The translations under genes and the position numbers were made by a program. The notes below the pieces were generated by a model. That model saw only the letters and a program-made list of their open reading frames with translations. It did no database searches and was not told the DNA's origin. Below, piece after piece: positions 1 through 9,724 of a DNA stretch of 16,103 bases. The number at the start of each line of letters is the position of its first letter. Position 1 is the stretch's first letter. Source of the DNA: Puniceicoccaceae bacterium. GTDB taxonomy: Bacteria > Verrucomicrobiota > Verrucomicrobiia > Opitutales > Oceanipulchritudinaceae. The stretch lies in contig JBFOMH010000031.1 of assembly GCA_040830765.1 (NCBI GenBank), forward strand, positions 1-16,103, read 5' to 3'.

Positions 1-2
1 AT

Positions 3-443
3 ATCCGCGAGGAACTGGAACGGGATACTTTCGAGGAGATTGACTTCCGGTCCACGACAGCAGGTGGTTTGTCGTACAAGTTCATTGAGGAAGACCGCAT
101 GACGCTGGAAGGCAATGCCGGTCTCAGCTACCGCTATGAAAGCTATACTTTCGACGATCCCTCGGATGACGACTTCGCCGGCCTCGATTTCGGTCTCGAC
201 TTCGGCTGGCAATTCGCTGACTGGGGCAAGCTGGTTTCCAACTTCACCTATGTGCCCAGTATCGACGATTTCGGAGATTATCTCTTCACCCATGAATCGG
301 GTGTGGATATTCCCTTGGGAACCTCGGAAGGTTGGGTCCTGAAGATTGGCCTGAGCCACAAGTATAACAGCAACCCGGCTGACGCCTCTCTCGAGACCCT
401 CGACACAACTTACTTCACCCGCCTCATCCTGAATTGGGAGTAA
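3..443 (+). CDS. DUF481/YdiY-family outer-membrane beta-barrel protein, 5'-truncated by the window edge
   Basis: The frame of ORF 69..443 stays open to position 3 (IREELERDTFEEIDFRSTTAGGLSYKF...). It has alternating aromatic/hydrophobic beta-strands, an 'E.D.F..IDFR' segment, a 'YNSNP...LDTTYFTRL' end and a penultimate Trp, all typical of DUF481 barrels. Confidence 0.75.
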   Translation: MREELERDTFEEIDFRSTTAGGLSYKFIEEDRMTLEGNAGLSYRYESYTFDDPSDDDFAGLDFGLDFGWQFADWGKLVSNFTYVPSIDDFGDYLFTHESGVDIPLGTSEGWVLKIGLSHKYNSNPADASLETLDTTYFTRLILNWE

Positions 444-490
444 GGGTGAATCTCTTGTCATCTAACCACTAAAAAAACAAAGGCTATACT

Positions 491-1312
491 ATGGAATTAT
501 CACAAGAACAGATCGAATCGGTCGTCGGCTTCATTACGAATTATGGCTTGAAGATCGTCGTTGCTCTCCTGATTTTCATCATCGGGAAGTGGATCGCAAA
601 ACTGATCAAAGGAGTCATCCGCCGGGGCTTGGAGAAGTCCAATACGGACCCCATCCTGGTCGGATTCCTTTCCAACATTGCCTATTACCTTCTCATGGTG
701 ATGGTGATTATTTCGGCGATTTCCCAATTGGGCATCAAGACTACCTCCTTCGTTGCCGTCCTTGGTGCCGCCGGTCTTGCCGTTGGCTTGGCTTTGCAGG
801 GCTCCCTGTCGAACTTTGCCAGCGGGGTCCTCATCATCATGTTCCGTCCCTTCAAGATCGGCGATTTTGTTGAAGCCGGTGGAGTCACGGGTGTGATTGA
901 TGAAATCGGGATTCTTGTCACTAAGATGCACACGCCTGACAACAAGGGGATTATTGTTCCCAATTCCCAGGTCATGGGCGGGCACATCGTCAACTTCAAT
1001 GCTCATGAAAACCGTCGCTGTGACATGGTTTTCGGCATTGGATACGGCGATGATATAGACAAGGCGAAGAAGATTATCACCGAAGTCATCGACGCGGACG
1101 AGCGTTGCCTCAAGGACCCGGCCGTGACCATTGCCGTCAGCGAGCTGGCCGATAGCAGCGTCAACATCGTTTGCCGTCCATGGGTCAAGGCCTCCGACTA
1201 CTGGGGTGTCTTCTTCGGCACCCACGAGACGATCAAGAAGCGCTTCGACGCGGAAGGGGTGTCCATTCCCTTCCCGCAGACGGACGTACACCTGCACAAG
1301 GTGGAAGCCTAA
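491..1312 (+). CDS. mscS: Small-conductance mechanosensitive channel MscS
   Basis: 273 aa with three N-terminal hydrophobic helices, TM3 signature LGAAGLAVGLALQGSLSNFASG, FRPFKIGD motif and C-terminal IPFPQ. AAAGG SD-like sequence lies upstream. Confidence 0.95.
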   Translation: MELSQEQIESVVGFITNYGLKIVVALLIFIIGKWIAKLIKGVIRRGLEKSNTDPILVGFLSNIAYYLLMVMVIISAISQLGIKTTSFVAVLGAAGLAVGLALQGSLSNFASGVLIIMFRPFKIGDFVEAGGVTGVIDEIGILVTKMHTPDNKGIIVPNSQVMGGHIVNFNAHENRRCDMVFGIGYGDDIDKAKKIITEVIDADERCLKDPAVTIAVSELADSSVNIVCRPWVKASDYWGVFFGTHETIKKRFDAEGVSIPFPQTDVHLHKVEA

Positions 1313-1337
1313 GCGGAATCCTATTCCATTTTATCGC

Positions 1338-1369
1338 AAAGCCCCGGCATATGCCGGGGCTTTTTTATT
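1338..1369 (+). terminator. Rho-independent terminator after mscS, possibly also serving the convergent LytTR gene
   Basis: Perfect palindrome AAAGCCCCGGCATATGCCGGGGCTTT (1338-1363) whose 3' arm runs into TTTTTTATT. It starts 25 nt after the mscS stop and lies between convergent genes. Confidence 0.9.
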
Positions 1370-1391
1370 CAAAGTTCCTGGTTGGGGGTCA

Positions 1392-2129
1392 CTAAATACT
1401 CATGACCGACTTGAAGAACTGGGCTGCCCGGCGTGACATCTGGACCTTGGTTTCGTCCTTCAGGGTAACCAGCAGGCCGCCGTTGAACCATGGCTGGATG
1501 TTGCGAATCCACTTCAGGTTGACCATTTGCTTCCGGTTGGCGCGGAAGAAGTACTTTGATGGGAGGCGATCCTCCATGTAGTTGAGGGTCCGGCTGACCA
1601 GGGGCTTGTTGTCATCGAAGAATATCCGGACATAATTGTCCTCGGACTCGAGAAGCCGGATTTTGTCATAATCGACAAACCAGCAGCTTTCACCATCCTT
1701 GATGAAAATGTAGTCGTAATCGTCACTTCCCACCGCGGTCACAGCCGCTTCGGAAATTCGCTTGTACTTCTCCAGGCGCTGCTCAATGGAGCCAAGCAGA
1801 TCCTCCGGTTCGAAAGGCTTGGTGATATAGTCATCAGCACCAGCGCCCAACCCCTCACGGATGTCATCCGGGTCGGTTTTCGCGGTCAGGAAGATAAAGG
1901 GGATAACGGCTGTTTCCGGGTCTTTCTGCAAGGCATCAAAAACCCCATGTCCATCCAGTTCCGGCATCATGACGTCCGAGACAATAAGGTCGGGTTTTAT
2001 CTTCTTGGCCAGCTTGAGGCCTTCCTTGCCGTCGTTGGCGGACTCCACGGTATAGCCTGCGGTTTCCAGCAGATCGACCACCGGCAGGCGGACATTTTCA
2101 TCGTCTTCGAGAATGAGGATAGTGGTCAT
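1392..2129 (-). CDS. Two-component response regulator, REC + LytTR DNA-binding domain
   Basis: N-terminal REC (EDD acidic pocket, phospho-Asp52 in SDVMMP, FLTAK, KPF). C-terminal LytTR (IFIKDG..CWFV, ESEDNYV, FFRANRKQMVNL, VQMSRR). Start overlaps the kinase stop (ATGA, 2126-2129). Confidence 0.92.
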   Translation of the reverse strand: MTTILILEDDENVRLPVVDLLETAGYTVESANDGKEGLKLAKKIKPDLIVSDVMMPELDGHGVFDALQKDPETAVIPFIFLTAKTDPDDIREGLGAGADDYITKPFEPEDLLGSIEQRLEKYKRISEAAVTAVGSDDYDYIFIKDGESCWFVDYDKIRLLESEDNYVRIFFDDNKPLVSRTLNYMEDRLPSKYFFRANRKQMVNLKWIRNIQPWFNGGLLVTLKDETKVQMSRRAAQFFKSVMSI

Positions 2130-3643
2130 GATGTTCCTTTGGATTCAGTATGCTTTGGCAGCGAGACACGAAAGGTGGATCCTTCGTTCTCAGTGGAGGA
2201 AAACTCGATATCTCCCTTCAGGAGTTCAACCGCGCGGCGAACAATATTGAGCCCGAGGCCGGTTCCTTGTCGGGCACCGACGTTTCCGGCCCGATGGAAG
2301 GCTTCAAAGAGGCGCTTCTGGTCGGATTCTGGAATGCCGATTCCCTTGTCACTGACGGAAAACTGAAGATGTGTATCGGATTCATCGACAGAACAGGTCA
2401 CGGCTGACTCCCCATTGGAGTATTTGACGGCGTTTCCGAGGAGGTTTTGGAGGATATGGTCCAGCAGGTGTTCGTCGAGCAAGTAGGGATTGCCCTTTGG
2501 GATCCGGCAATCGCTGAGAATTTCCCGGTCCGGATATATGGGCGAGAAACGCTCGATGAAGGCCGGAAGATAGGTCGCAAGGTCAACCGGCTTAAGAGAG
2601 ACCTTAACTTTATCGGACTCAGCCTGACTGAAGAAGAGGACATCATCGAGAAGGCGGTTCATGCGTTTCAGGGAAACCTCGATGTTTTCAAGGTGACGTT
2701 CCTTCTTGGTCTCCTGCAGTTTGTCCCCGTATTTCTTGAGAAGGGCGGCGGAGGCGCGTATACCGGTCATGGGAGTGCGGAATTCATGGCTGACCATCGA
2801 GATGAAGCGGGTCTTGATGTCGTTCAATTCCTTTTCCTGCTCCAGGGCCTGGCGGTAGCGCCTCTCGCTTCGCTCGAGGGATTCCTGTGCCTTAACTTGC
2901 TCGGTCACGTCCAGTTGAATGCCGACAAAATGGGTCAGCTCACCTTTTTCGCTGTAAACTGGTGAGATGTGGAGCTCGTTATGGAAAAGGGTTCCATCCT
3001 TGCGGTAGTTTCGCAGGCGGACGATGCAGGACTCACCGTTACGGAGGCACTTCCGGAGGTGTTCCAGTTCCAACTGGTCCCGGTCGGTTCCCTGGAGGAA
3101 GCGACAGCTTCGTCCTATGGCCTCCTTGGCTGAATACCCAGTGATGTCCTGGAAGCCCTTGTTGACATAGATCAACGGCAAGTCGGGTTGCCGGGCATCC
3201 GCAACCGTCACACCTGAAGTGACGTTGGCAATGGCAATGTTACGCAGGGCAATATCTTCCCGGGCCTGGACCCGCTCGGAGACATCCTGGAAAGTAATCA
3301 AATACAGGGGCTCTTCGGTCTCGACCGTGCTGCAGGTAAACTCGCAGGAGAAGGGGAATCCGTCCCGATGCTCGAGAAGACCTTCAAATCGGGCGGATTG
3401 ATTTGGGGCCGTCAGGCTGTCGATGAGCGCGGAAAGTTCCTTCGAGGACTGTTCCGGCCAGAGCTGCCCGAGGTCCATTTTCTTCAATTCTCGTTCATTC
3501 CAGCCGAGGAGGTCCTGTGCCCGCTCATTGGAGCGGAGAATCTGGCAATCCACCGCCTTCGCTACCAGGACGGCCTCGCCTGTCTGGGCGAGGAGCGCAT
3601 CAAGGAGAGGATCGTGCGGATCGGATGGATTGGCTGAGGTCAT
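2126..3643 (-). CDS. Cytoplasmic sensor histidine kinase: PAS + LOV + HisKA + HATPase_c
   Basis: No transmembrane helix seen. PAS1 ends in QDVSER. The second PAS has LOV signatures (PLIYVN.GF..ITGY, GRSCRFLQG, NYRKDG, FVGIQLDVT). H-box SHEFRTP (His286), N-box NLLGNAVKYS, G1 DKGIGI, F-box LFEAF, G2 GTGLGL. Confidence 0.93.
   Translation of the reverse strand: MTSANPSDPHDPLLDALLAQTGEAVLVAKAVDCQILRSNERAQDLLGWNERELKKMDLGQLWPEQSSKELSALIDSLTAPNQSARFEGLLEHRDGFPFSCEFTCSTVETEEPLYLITFQDVSERVQAREDIALRNIAIANVTSGVTVADARQPDLPLIYVNKGFQDITGYSAKEAIGRSCRFLQGTDRDQLELEHLRKCLRNGESCIVRLRNYRKDGTLFHNELHISPVYSEKGELTHFVGIQLDVTEQVKAQESLERSERRYRQALEQEKELNDIKTRFISMVSHEFRTPMTGIRASAALLKKYGDKLQETKKERHLENIEVSLKRMNRLLDDVLFFSQAESDKVKVSLKPVDLATYLPAFIERFSPIYPDREILSDCRIPKGNPYLLDEHLLDHILQNLLGNAVKYSNGESAVTCSVDESDTHLQFSVSDKGIGIPESDQKRLFEAFHRAGNVGARQGTGLGLNIVRRAVELLKGDIEFSSTENEGSTFRVSLPKHTESKGTS
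2903..3230 (-). other. LOV (flavin-binding PAS) domain within the histidine kinase
   Basis: GRSCRFLQ is encoded at 3115-3092 with the adduct-forming Cys180. Conserved Gln243 (GIQ), both Asn residues (NYRKDG, HNEL), the E/K salt-bridge residues and the DVT terminus are present. Confidence 0.85.
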
Positions 3644-3654
3644 TTATCCATGGA

Positions 3655-3682
3655 ATTATAATGAAAACGGGCCGTTCTGCAA
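3655..3682 (-). promoter_or_regulatory. Putative sigma70-type promoter of the LOV kinase-LytTR operon
   Basis: Minus strand TTGCAG (3682-3677), 16 nt spacer, perfect TATAAT (3660-3655), then 11 nt to the ATG at 3643. Confidence 0.55.
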
Positions 3683-3711
3683 ATCCTTCAGTGGACTTCC
3701 TTCAATGGCGA

Positions 3712-5098
<1,387 letters not shown>

Positions 5099-5114
5099 GG
5101 GGACAAGCTGATAC

Positions 5115-5525
5115 CTATACGGGGAACGTCTCTACGGGCTGAAGGGTGGCATCCAGCAACTGGGGCTTGCGATAAAAGTATGTCCAGGCGAGGTGTTGCC
5201 CCGTATCCGTTTCGACCCGCTCGAGTCGGCGGAGGTATTCGCGGGGATGGTCCTCCAGTCGGTCAACCGCTATCCATGTCTCCATGGATCCGATACTGAA
5301 CAGCTCTCCCCGGACCCGGTAACCATTGCCAGGCTGGTCGAGCAGGCAGGGATATTCGGCCAGGATGAGCGGGTAGGGCGTCACCAGCTGGGCACTCCCC
5401 TTGAAGACTGTCCCGTTGTCTTTCAGGAGGTGATGATACTGGCCCCCGCGCTTGAGGGTCCCGTAGACAAATAGAAGTTCCCCGGGTGCGGGAAGATCAA
5501 TTGCCTCATTGGGACATCTCGACAC
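5115..5525 (-). CDS. Gamma-glutamylcyclotransferase (GGACT/YtfP/AIG2-like) family protein
   Basis: Signature LFVYGTLKRG, YPCL, VRGELF, catalytic-type Glu in DRLED, Y.R..V and AWTYFY. The GTG start is uncertain. Confidence 0.85.
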   Translation of the reverse strand: MSRCPNEAIDLPAPGELLFVYGTLKRGGQYHHLLKDNGTVFKGSAQLVTPYPLILAEYPCLLDQPGNGYRVRGELFSIGSMETWIAVDRLEDHPREYLRRLERVETDTGQHLAWTYFYRKPQLLDATLQPVETFPV

Positions 5526-5547
5526 TTACGAAGACCCGGCTGGCTGG

Positions 5548-7275
5548 TTAGTTGACCTTGGGTTCGTGGTAGTTCGTCCCCGGTTCGTAAGCGGTAACAA
5601 TCCCCGTACGGATGCAAAAGTCGCCAAATCGTTCCCCGTTCTCCCGCTCAGTGGCATAGCGCTGGATGATTGGGCGGAGTTCGTCGGTAAGGTCCTCTGA
5701 CTTGACGGATGTCTTGTAGAGACGGTTCAACCTTGCCCCGTCAAAGCCGGCTCCGAGATAGAGGTTGTACTTCCCGGGCGCTTTCCCAACGAGGCCGATT
5801 TCACCGAGATAAGGGCGGGCACATCCGTTGGGGCAGCCCGTCATGCGGATGACAATCTCATCATCCCGCAAACCGGCTTCCTCAACCACGGTCTCCAATT
5901 CCGTCAGGAGGTCCGGCAGGTAGCGTTCCGACTCGGCCAGGGAAAGCCCGCAGGTCGGCAGGGCCACACAGGCCATTGAATTGAGTCGCAGGCCGGTCGC
6001 TCCAAGGCTGGCATCAAGGCCATATTCCTTCACCAGGGCCTCAATGGCGTCCCGGTCGCCGGAAGCGATGCCCCCGATGATCAGGTTCTGGTTACAGGTC
6101 AGGCGAAAGTCACCCTTGTGAACCTTGGCAATTTCCCGCAAGCCAGTCTTCATCGGGAAGTCTTCAGTATCCTTCACCCGGCCGTTCTGGATGTTCAGGG
6201 TCAGGTGCCAATTGTCGTCCACGCCCTGCACCCAGCCATAACGGTCACCCGTGCTGGTGAAGCTGAAGGGACGGGCGGCTTCCATCTTGTAGCCAAGGTA
6301 CTTCTCCACCTCGCCGCGGAACCAGTCCAGCCCGTGGTCAGCGATGGTGTATTTCAGGCGTGCGTGGGCCCGGTTGACCCGGTCCCCGTGGTCGCGCTGA
6401 ACCTTGACCACCGATTCGGCAACTTCCAGCAATTGCCCCGGCGTGCAAAAGCCCATCACCTCGGCCAGGCGCGGGTAGGTTTCCGCCTTGTTGTGGGACA
6501 TGCCCATGCCACCGCCAACGGTCACGTTGTAACCAACCACTTTGTCGTCATCGACAATGGCAATAAAGCCAAGGTCGTGGGCGTAGATGTCCACGTCGTT
6601 GCTCGGCGGGACGGCGATGACAATCTTGAACTTTCGGGGAAGATAGGTCTTGCCGTAAATGGGTTCCACGTCTTCTTCCCCACCGGCTACGCGCTCCTCG
6701 TCGAGCCAGATCTCGTGATAGGCCCGCGTCTGCGGGGTCAGGTGATCGGAGATGTCCCGCGCTGCCTGCAACACCGTCTCGTGGACCGCGCTTTGTGCCG
6801 GGTTCGGATTGCACATGACATTGCGGTTGACGTCGCCACAGGCCGCCAGGGTGTCCATCATCACCGCATTGATGTCCTGGACAGTCTTTTTCAAATTGGT
6901 TTTCAGGACCCCGTGCAGTTGATAGGCCTGGCGGGTGGTCAACTTCATCGTCCCGTTGCCATAACGGTCGGCCAGCTCATCCATGGCCAGCCATTGCTCC
7001 GGGGTCGTCACGCCGCCCGGAACCCGTACCCGCAACATGAAGCTGTAGGCCTTGTCCAGTTTCTTCTTCCGCCGCTCCCGCCGCTCGTCCCGATCGTCCT
7101 GCAGGTAAATACCGTGGAACTTCGTCAGCTGCGCATCCTCCGCACTGACATCTCCCCGCAACGAGTCCTGCAAGGACTCCGCCAGGGTGCCCCGCAGATA
7201 GTCGCTGTCCGACTTGATCCCCTCGTTCTTGTGCAACGGCTTCCCGCCCGCTTCTTCTCCACTTTTCATGGTCAT
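5548..7275 (-). CDS. cysI: Assimilatory sulfite reductase hemoprotein (siroheme/4Fe-4S) subunit
   Basis: [33 protein letters not shown], cluster ligands CVALPTC and TGCPNGC, ERFGDF. The start is placed at ATG 7275 (AAGG upstream); 7269 is the alternative. Confidence 0.92.
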   Translation of the reverse strand: MTMKSGEEAGGKPLHKNEGIKSDSDYLRGTLAESLQDSLRGDVSAEDAQLTKFHGIYLQDDRDERRERRKKKLDKAYSFMLRVRVPGGVTTPEQWLAMDELADRYGNGTMKLTTRQAYQLHGVLKTNLKKTVQDINAVMMDTLAACGDVNRNVMCNPNPAQSAVHETVLQAARDISDHLTPQTRAYHEIWLDEERVAGGEEDVEPIYGKTYLPRKFKIVIAVPPSNDVDIYAHDLGFIAIVDDDKVVGYNVTVGGGMGMSHNKAETYPRLAEVMGFCTPGQLLEVAESVVKVQRDHGDRVNRAHARLKYTIADHGLDWFRGEVEKYLGYKMEAARPFSFTSTGDRYGWVQGVDDNWHLTLNIQNGRVKDTEDFPMKTGLREIAKVHKGDFRLTCNQNLIIGGIASGDRDAIEALVKEYGLDASLGATGLRLNSMACVALPTCGLSLAESERYLPDLLTELETVVEEAGLRDDEIVIRMTGCPNGCARPYLGEIGLVGKAPGKYNLYLGAGFDGARLNRLYKTSVKSEDLTDELRPIIQRYATERENGERFGDFCIRTGIVTAYEPGTNYHEPKVN

Positions 7276-7323
7276 CAGCCTTAATAAAGGTTCATTAGGC
7301 AAAAAAGTAAAGTTAAGAGTGGG

Positions 7324-7935
7324 TTATTCGCTGCGGACAATGTCGCGGTTGCCGGGGAAGAGGCGCTCGAGGGTCTTGGCAAGGAGGTCAAACTCGAGGT
7401 TGACGAGGGAACCGGGGGTCTTGCTATCGAGGTTGGTGACCTCGAGGGTGTGTGGGATGAGCCAGACCGCGAACCCGGTTTCGTCGACTTCGGCGACAGT
7501 GAGGGAGACCCCATCGATGGCGATGGAACCCTTGTAGACAAGGTACTTAAGAAAGTCCGCGGGTGGTTCGATACGCAGGTAGAGGTCTTTTCCCCTGCGC
7601 TCGGCGTGGGTGACGGTTCCGGTGGAATCGATGTGACCCGTGACGAAATGACCACCGATCTTGCCATTGAATCGGAGGGAGCGCTCCAGATTGACCGGGT
7701 CGCCGGCCTTGGCGGTCTGGAAGGAAGTCAGGCGGACCGACTCTTGCAGCAGGTCAAATGAGACGGATTCAGCATCCCATTCGACGGCGGTCAGGCAACA
7801 GCCGTTGACGGCGACCGAGTCACCCATTTCCATCCCTTCAAGGACCCGGCTGGCAGCCAGCTTGAGCCGGTAGGCGCTTTCCTGTTCGGCAAACGAGAGA
7901 ACGGTGCCGGTTTCTTCAATAATACCAGTGAACAT
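7324..7935 (-). CDS. ribE: Riboflavin synthase (alpha chain)
   Basis: The invariant N-terminus MFTGIIEE fixes the start at 7935 rather than 8055. Also [40 protein letters not shown] and VNLEFD. Called ribC in E. coli nomenclature. Confidence 0.96.
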   Translation of the reverse strand: MFTGIIEETGTVLSFAEQESAYRLKLAASRVLEGMEMGDSVAVNGCCLTAVEWDAESVSFDLLQESVRLTSFQTAKAGDPVNLERSLRFNGKIGGHFVTGHIDSTGTVTHAERRGKDLYLRIEPPADFLKYLVYKGSIAIDGVSLTVAEVDETGFAVWLIPHTLEVTNLDSKTPGSLVNLEFDLLAKTLERLFPGNRDIVRSE

Positions 7936-7978
7936 TCCCGAATCTTGTGCGGCCCCGTGCGGGAAACGCCAGTCAAAT

Positions 7979-9580
7979 TTACGAGCCCGTAGCGACCGCG
8001 ACATCCTTGCCGACGTAGCGGAGGGACATTGCGGTGACAAAGCCCCCCAGGACAAGCATCACCGTCGACACGCCGCCGATGAGCGAGAAAGGTCCGTTGG
8101 AGACCGCCATCATGGCAAGGGCGGACAGCGGCATGATCACCATGACAACAACCGCGGGGATGATAAATCCGTAGGCGATGCGGTTGCTCTTGAGAAAGAC
8201 GAGGAAGGTCAGGAGGGCCAGGGCTGCCATCAACTGGTTGGTGGCGCCGAAGAGCGGCCATACGGCCTTCCACGCCGGCTGGCCGTCAATGGTCTGGAAC
8301 ATGGCGAATGCCGGAATGACCAGTACCGCCAGTGTGCCCAGGTAACGGGTCTTGGGGCCCCGGGAATCAAGTAATTCCTCAAGGATAAAGCGGCTCAACC
8401 GGGTACAGGTATCGAGGGTGGTCAAGAGGAAGGTACTGACTGCCAGGAGGGTGAATTCCATCGCCAGGGATTGGGGAAGGCCGATGGAGCCCATGAACTT
8501 TGCCGCCCCGGTGGCGAAAATGGCAACCGGTGTGCCCGCCGTTGTACGCTCAACCTCGGTCAGGATGGCGATGGTGCCAAGGGCGAAGACCGCCAGGACG
8601 CCCTCGACCAGCATGCCGCCGTAGTTGACTTTGCGGATATCGCTTTCGCGGGCCAGCTGCTTGGAGGTTGTCCCGCTGCTGACAATGCTGTGAAAGCCGC
8701 TGCAGGCCCCGCAGGCCACCGTTATGAAGAGGATGGGGATCAGGGTGCCCGCCTGCGGATGATTCCAGCCGCTGAACAGATCAATCTGGATCGGGGCGGA
8801 TGAAAAAAGAACCCCGACAATACCCGTCGCCATGAGGATGTAGAGAAAGGTCGAGGATAGGAAATCCCTTGGTTGCAGGAGGACCTGAACCGGCAGAATG
8901 GAGGCAATGAAACAATAGACGAGGATGCAAAGAGCCCAGGTACTCCCGCTCAGTTCAGGCATGGGAAAGTAATGTCCCACTACCAGGCCAAAGTAAGTCA
9001 GCGGAATGAAAATCGCGATGCTGGTCACGAACGACAGCTTGGTCCGCGTCAGGGCAAATCCAAATCCCAGCGCGATGAGGATGAACCAGCCCGATGATGT
9101 CGCCACCGACGGGGTGGTGGAGAAGGTCGAGGCGGTCAGGTCAAGAAAGACGATGATCACATAAATCAACGCCAGCAGGACAAACAGGGCAAACAAGCGG
9201 CCCGTCCGCTGCCCGACAATGGAACGCATCGCTTCCGCAATCGACCGGCCCCCTGTCCTCGCCGATATGAAGGCTGCCCCGTAGTCATGCACGCCCCCCA
9301 CAAACGCCGCCCCAATGAGAATCCACAGCCACGTCGGACCCCAGCCAAAGTACATCGCTGCCAGGATCGGGCCCACGATCGGTCCCGCTCCCGCAATCGA
9401 GGAGAAATGATGGCCGAACAGGATGGAGGCCCGCGTCGGTACGTAATCCACTCCGTCCTTCAACGTCTCCGCCGGCGTCGGACGGCTGTCATCCAATTGG
9501 CAACGCCGGTCCAAAAATTTCCCGTAGACCCGGTAGGCCACCGCGAAAAAGACGATCGAAATCAGGAGTAGAGCTAACAT
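7979..9580 (-). CDS. cstA: Carbon starvation protein A family transporter (peptide/pyruvate uptake family)
   Basis: TPA...[71 protein letters not shown] and many TM helices. The start is placed at ATG 9580. Confidence 0.93.
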   Translation of the reverse strand: MLALLLISIVFFAVAYRVYGKFLDRRCQLDDSRPTPAETLKDGVDYVPTRASILFGHHFSSIAGAGPIVGPILAAMYFGWGPTWLWILIGAAFVGGVHDYGAAFISARTGGRSIAEAMRSIVGQRTGRLFALFVLLALIYVIIVFLDLTASTFSTTPSVATSSGWFILIALGFGFALTRTKLSFVTSIAIFIPLTYFGLVVGHYFPMPELSGSTWALCILVYCFIASILPVQVLLQPRDFLSSTFLYILMATGIVGVLFSSAPIQIDLFSGWNHPQAGTLIPILFITVACGACSGFHSIVSSGTTSKQLARESDIRKVNYGGMLVEGVLAVFALGTIAILTEVERTTAGTPVAIFATGAAKFMGSIGLPQSLAMEFTLLAVSTFLLTTLDTCTRLSRFILEELLDSRGPKTRYLGTLAVLVIPAFAMFQTIDGQPAWKAVWPLFGATNQLMAALALLTFLVFLKSNRIAYGFIIPAVVVMVIMPLSALAMMAVSNGPFSLIGGVSTVMLVLGGFVTAMSLRYVGKDVAVATGS

Positions 9581-9587
9581 GGGGCGG

Positions 9588-9618
9588 ATTTTTACCCTGT
9601 CCACCCCGGTCCTGTCAA
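9588..9618 (-). promoter_or_regulatory. Putative promoter of cstA (leaderless candidate)
   Basis: Perfect TTGACA (9618-9613), 18 nt spacer, TAAAAAT (9594-9588), then 7 nt (CCGCCCC) to ATG 9580. No SD is present. Confidence 0.5.
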
Positions 9619-9724
9619 TCCGCTCCGGAATTATTCACACACGTGTTGGTTTTTTTGCTGGACGGAGGCGGGCAAGTATGGGCAGAGTGGGAATTTTGAG
9701 AACGAAACCCTGAAAGGAAAGACG

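Noticed and set aside
500..1297. 265-aa minus-strand ORF, and similar ones at 11537..12355, 14805..15515 and 2447..2965
   Set aside because: These are antisense shadows of well-supported genes (mscS, dgt/dtd, fabF, kinase) with no domain signatures.
1338..1363. Perfect 26-bp palindrome as a REP or mobile-element end
   Set aside because: It is single-copy in the window and fully explained as an intrinsic terminator with a U-tract.
6118..7284. 388-aa plus-strand ORF
   Set aside because: It lies wholly antisense to cysI and has no recognisable motif. This is a typical shadow ORF from GC-rich codon bias.
7324..7935. Riboflavin synthase as a dedicated chromophore supply for the LOV kinase
   Set aside because: Three unrelated genes separate them and it is a housekeeping enzyme, so proximity alone is not evidence.
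7936..7978. FMN riboswitch upstream of riboflavin synthase
   Set aside because: The gap is only 43 nt and no RFN consensus elements are visible.
7936..8055. N-terminal extension of riboflavin synthase in the ORF track
   Set aside because: The enzyme starts at the conserved MFTG, and the extension overlaps the cstA 3' end.
9581..9724. cstA as target of the LytTR regulator, by analogy with E. coli BtsR-btsT
   Set aside because: I found no direct repeat with ~21-22 bp period upstream of cstA, only a 6-bp CCTGTC repeat with period 15. The kinase is also not LytS-type.
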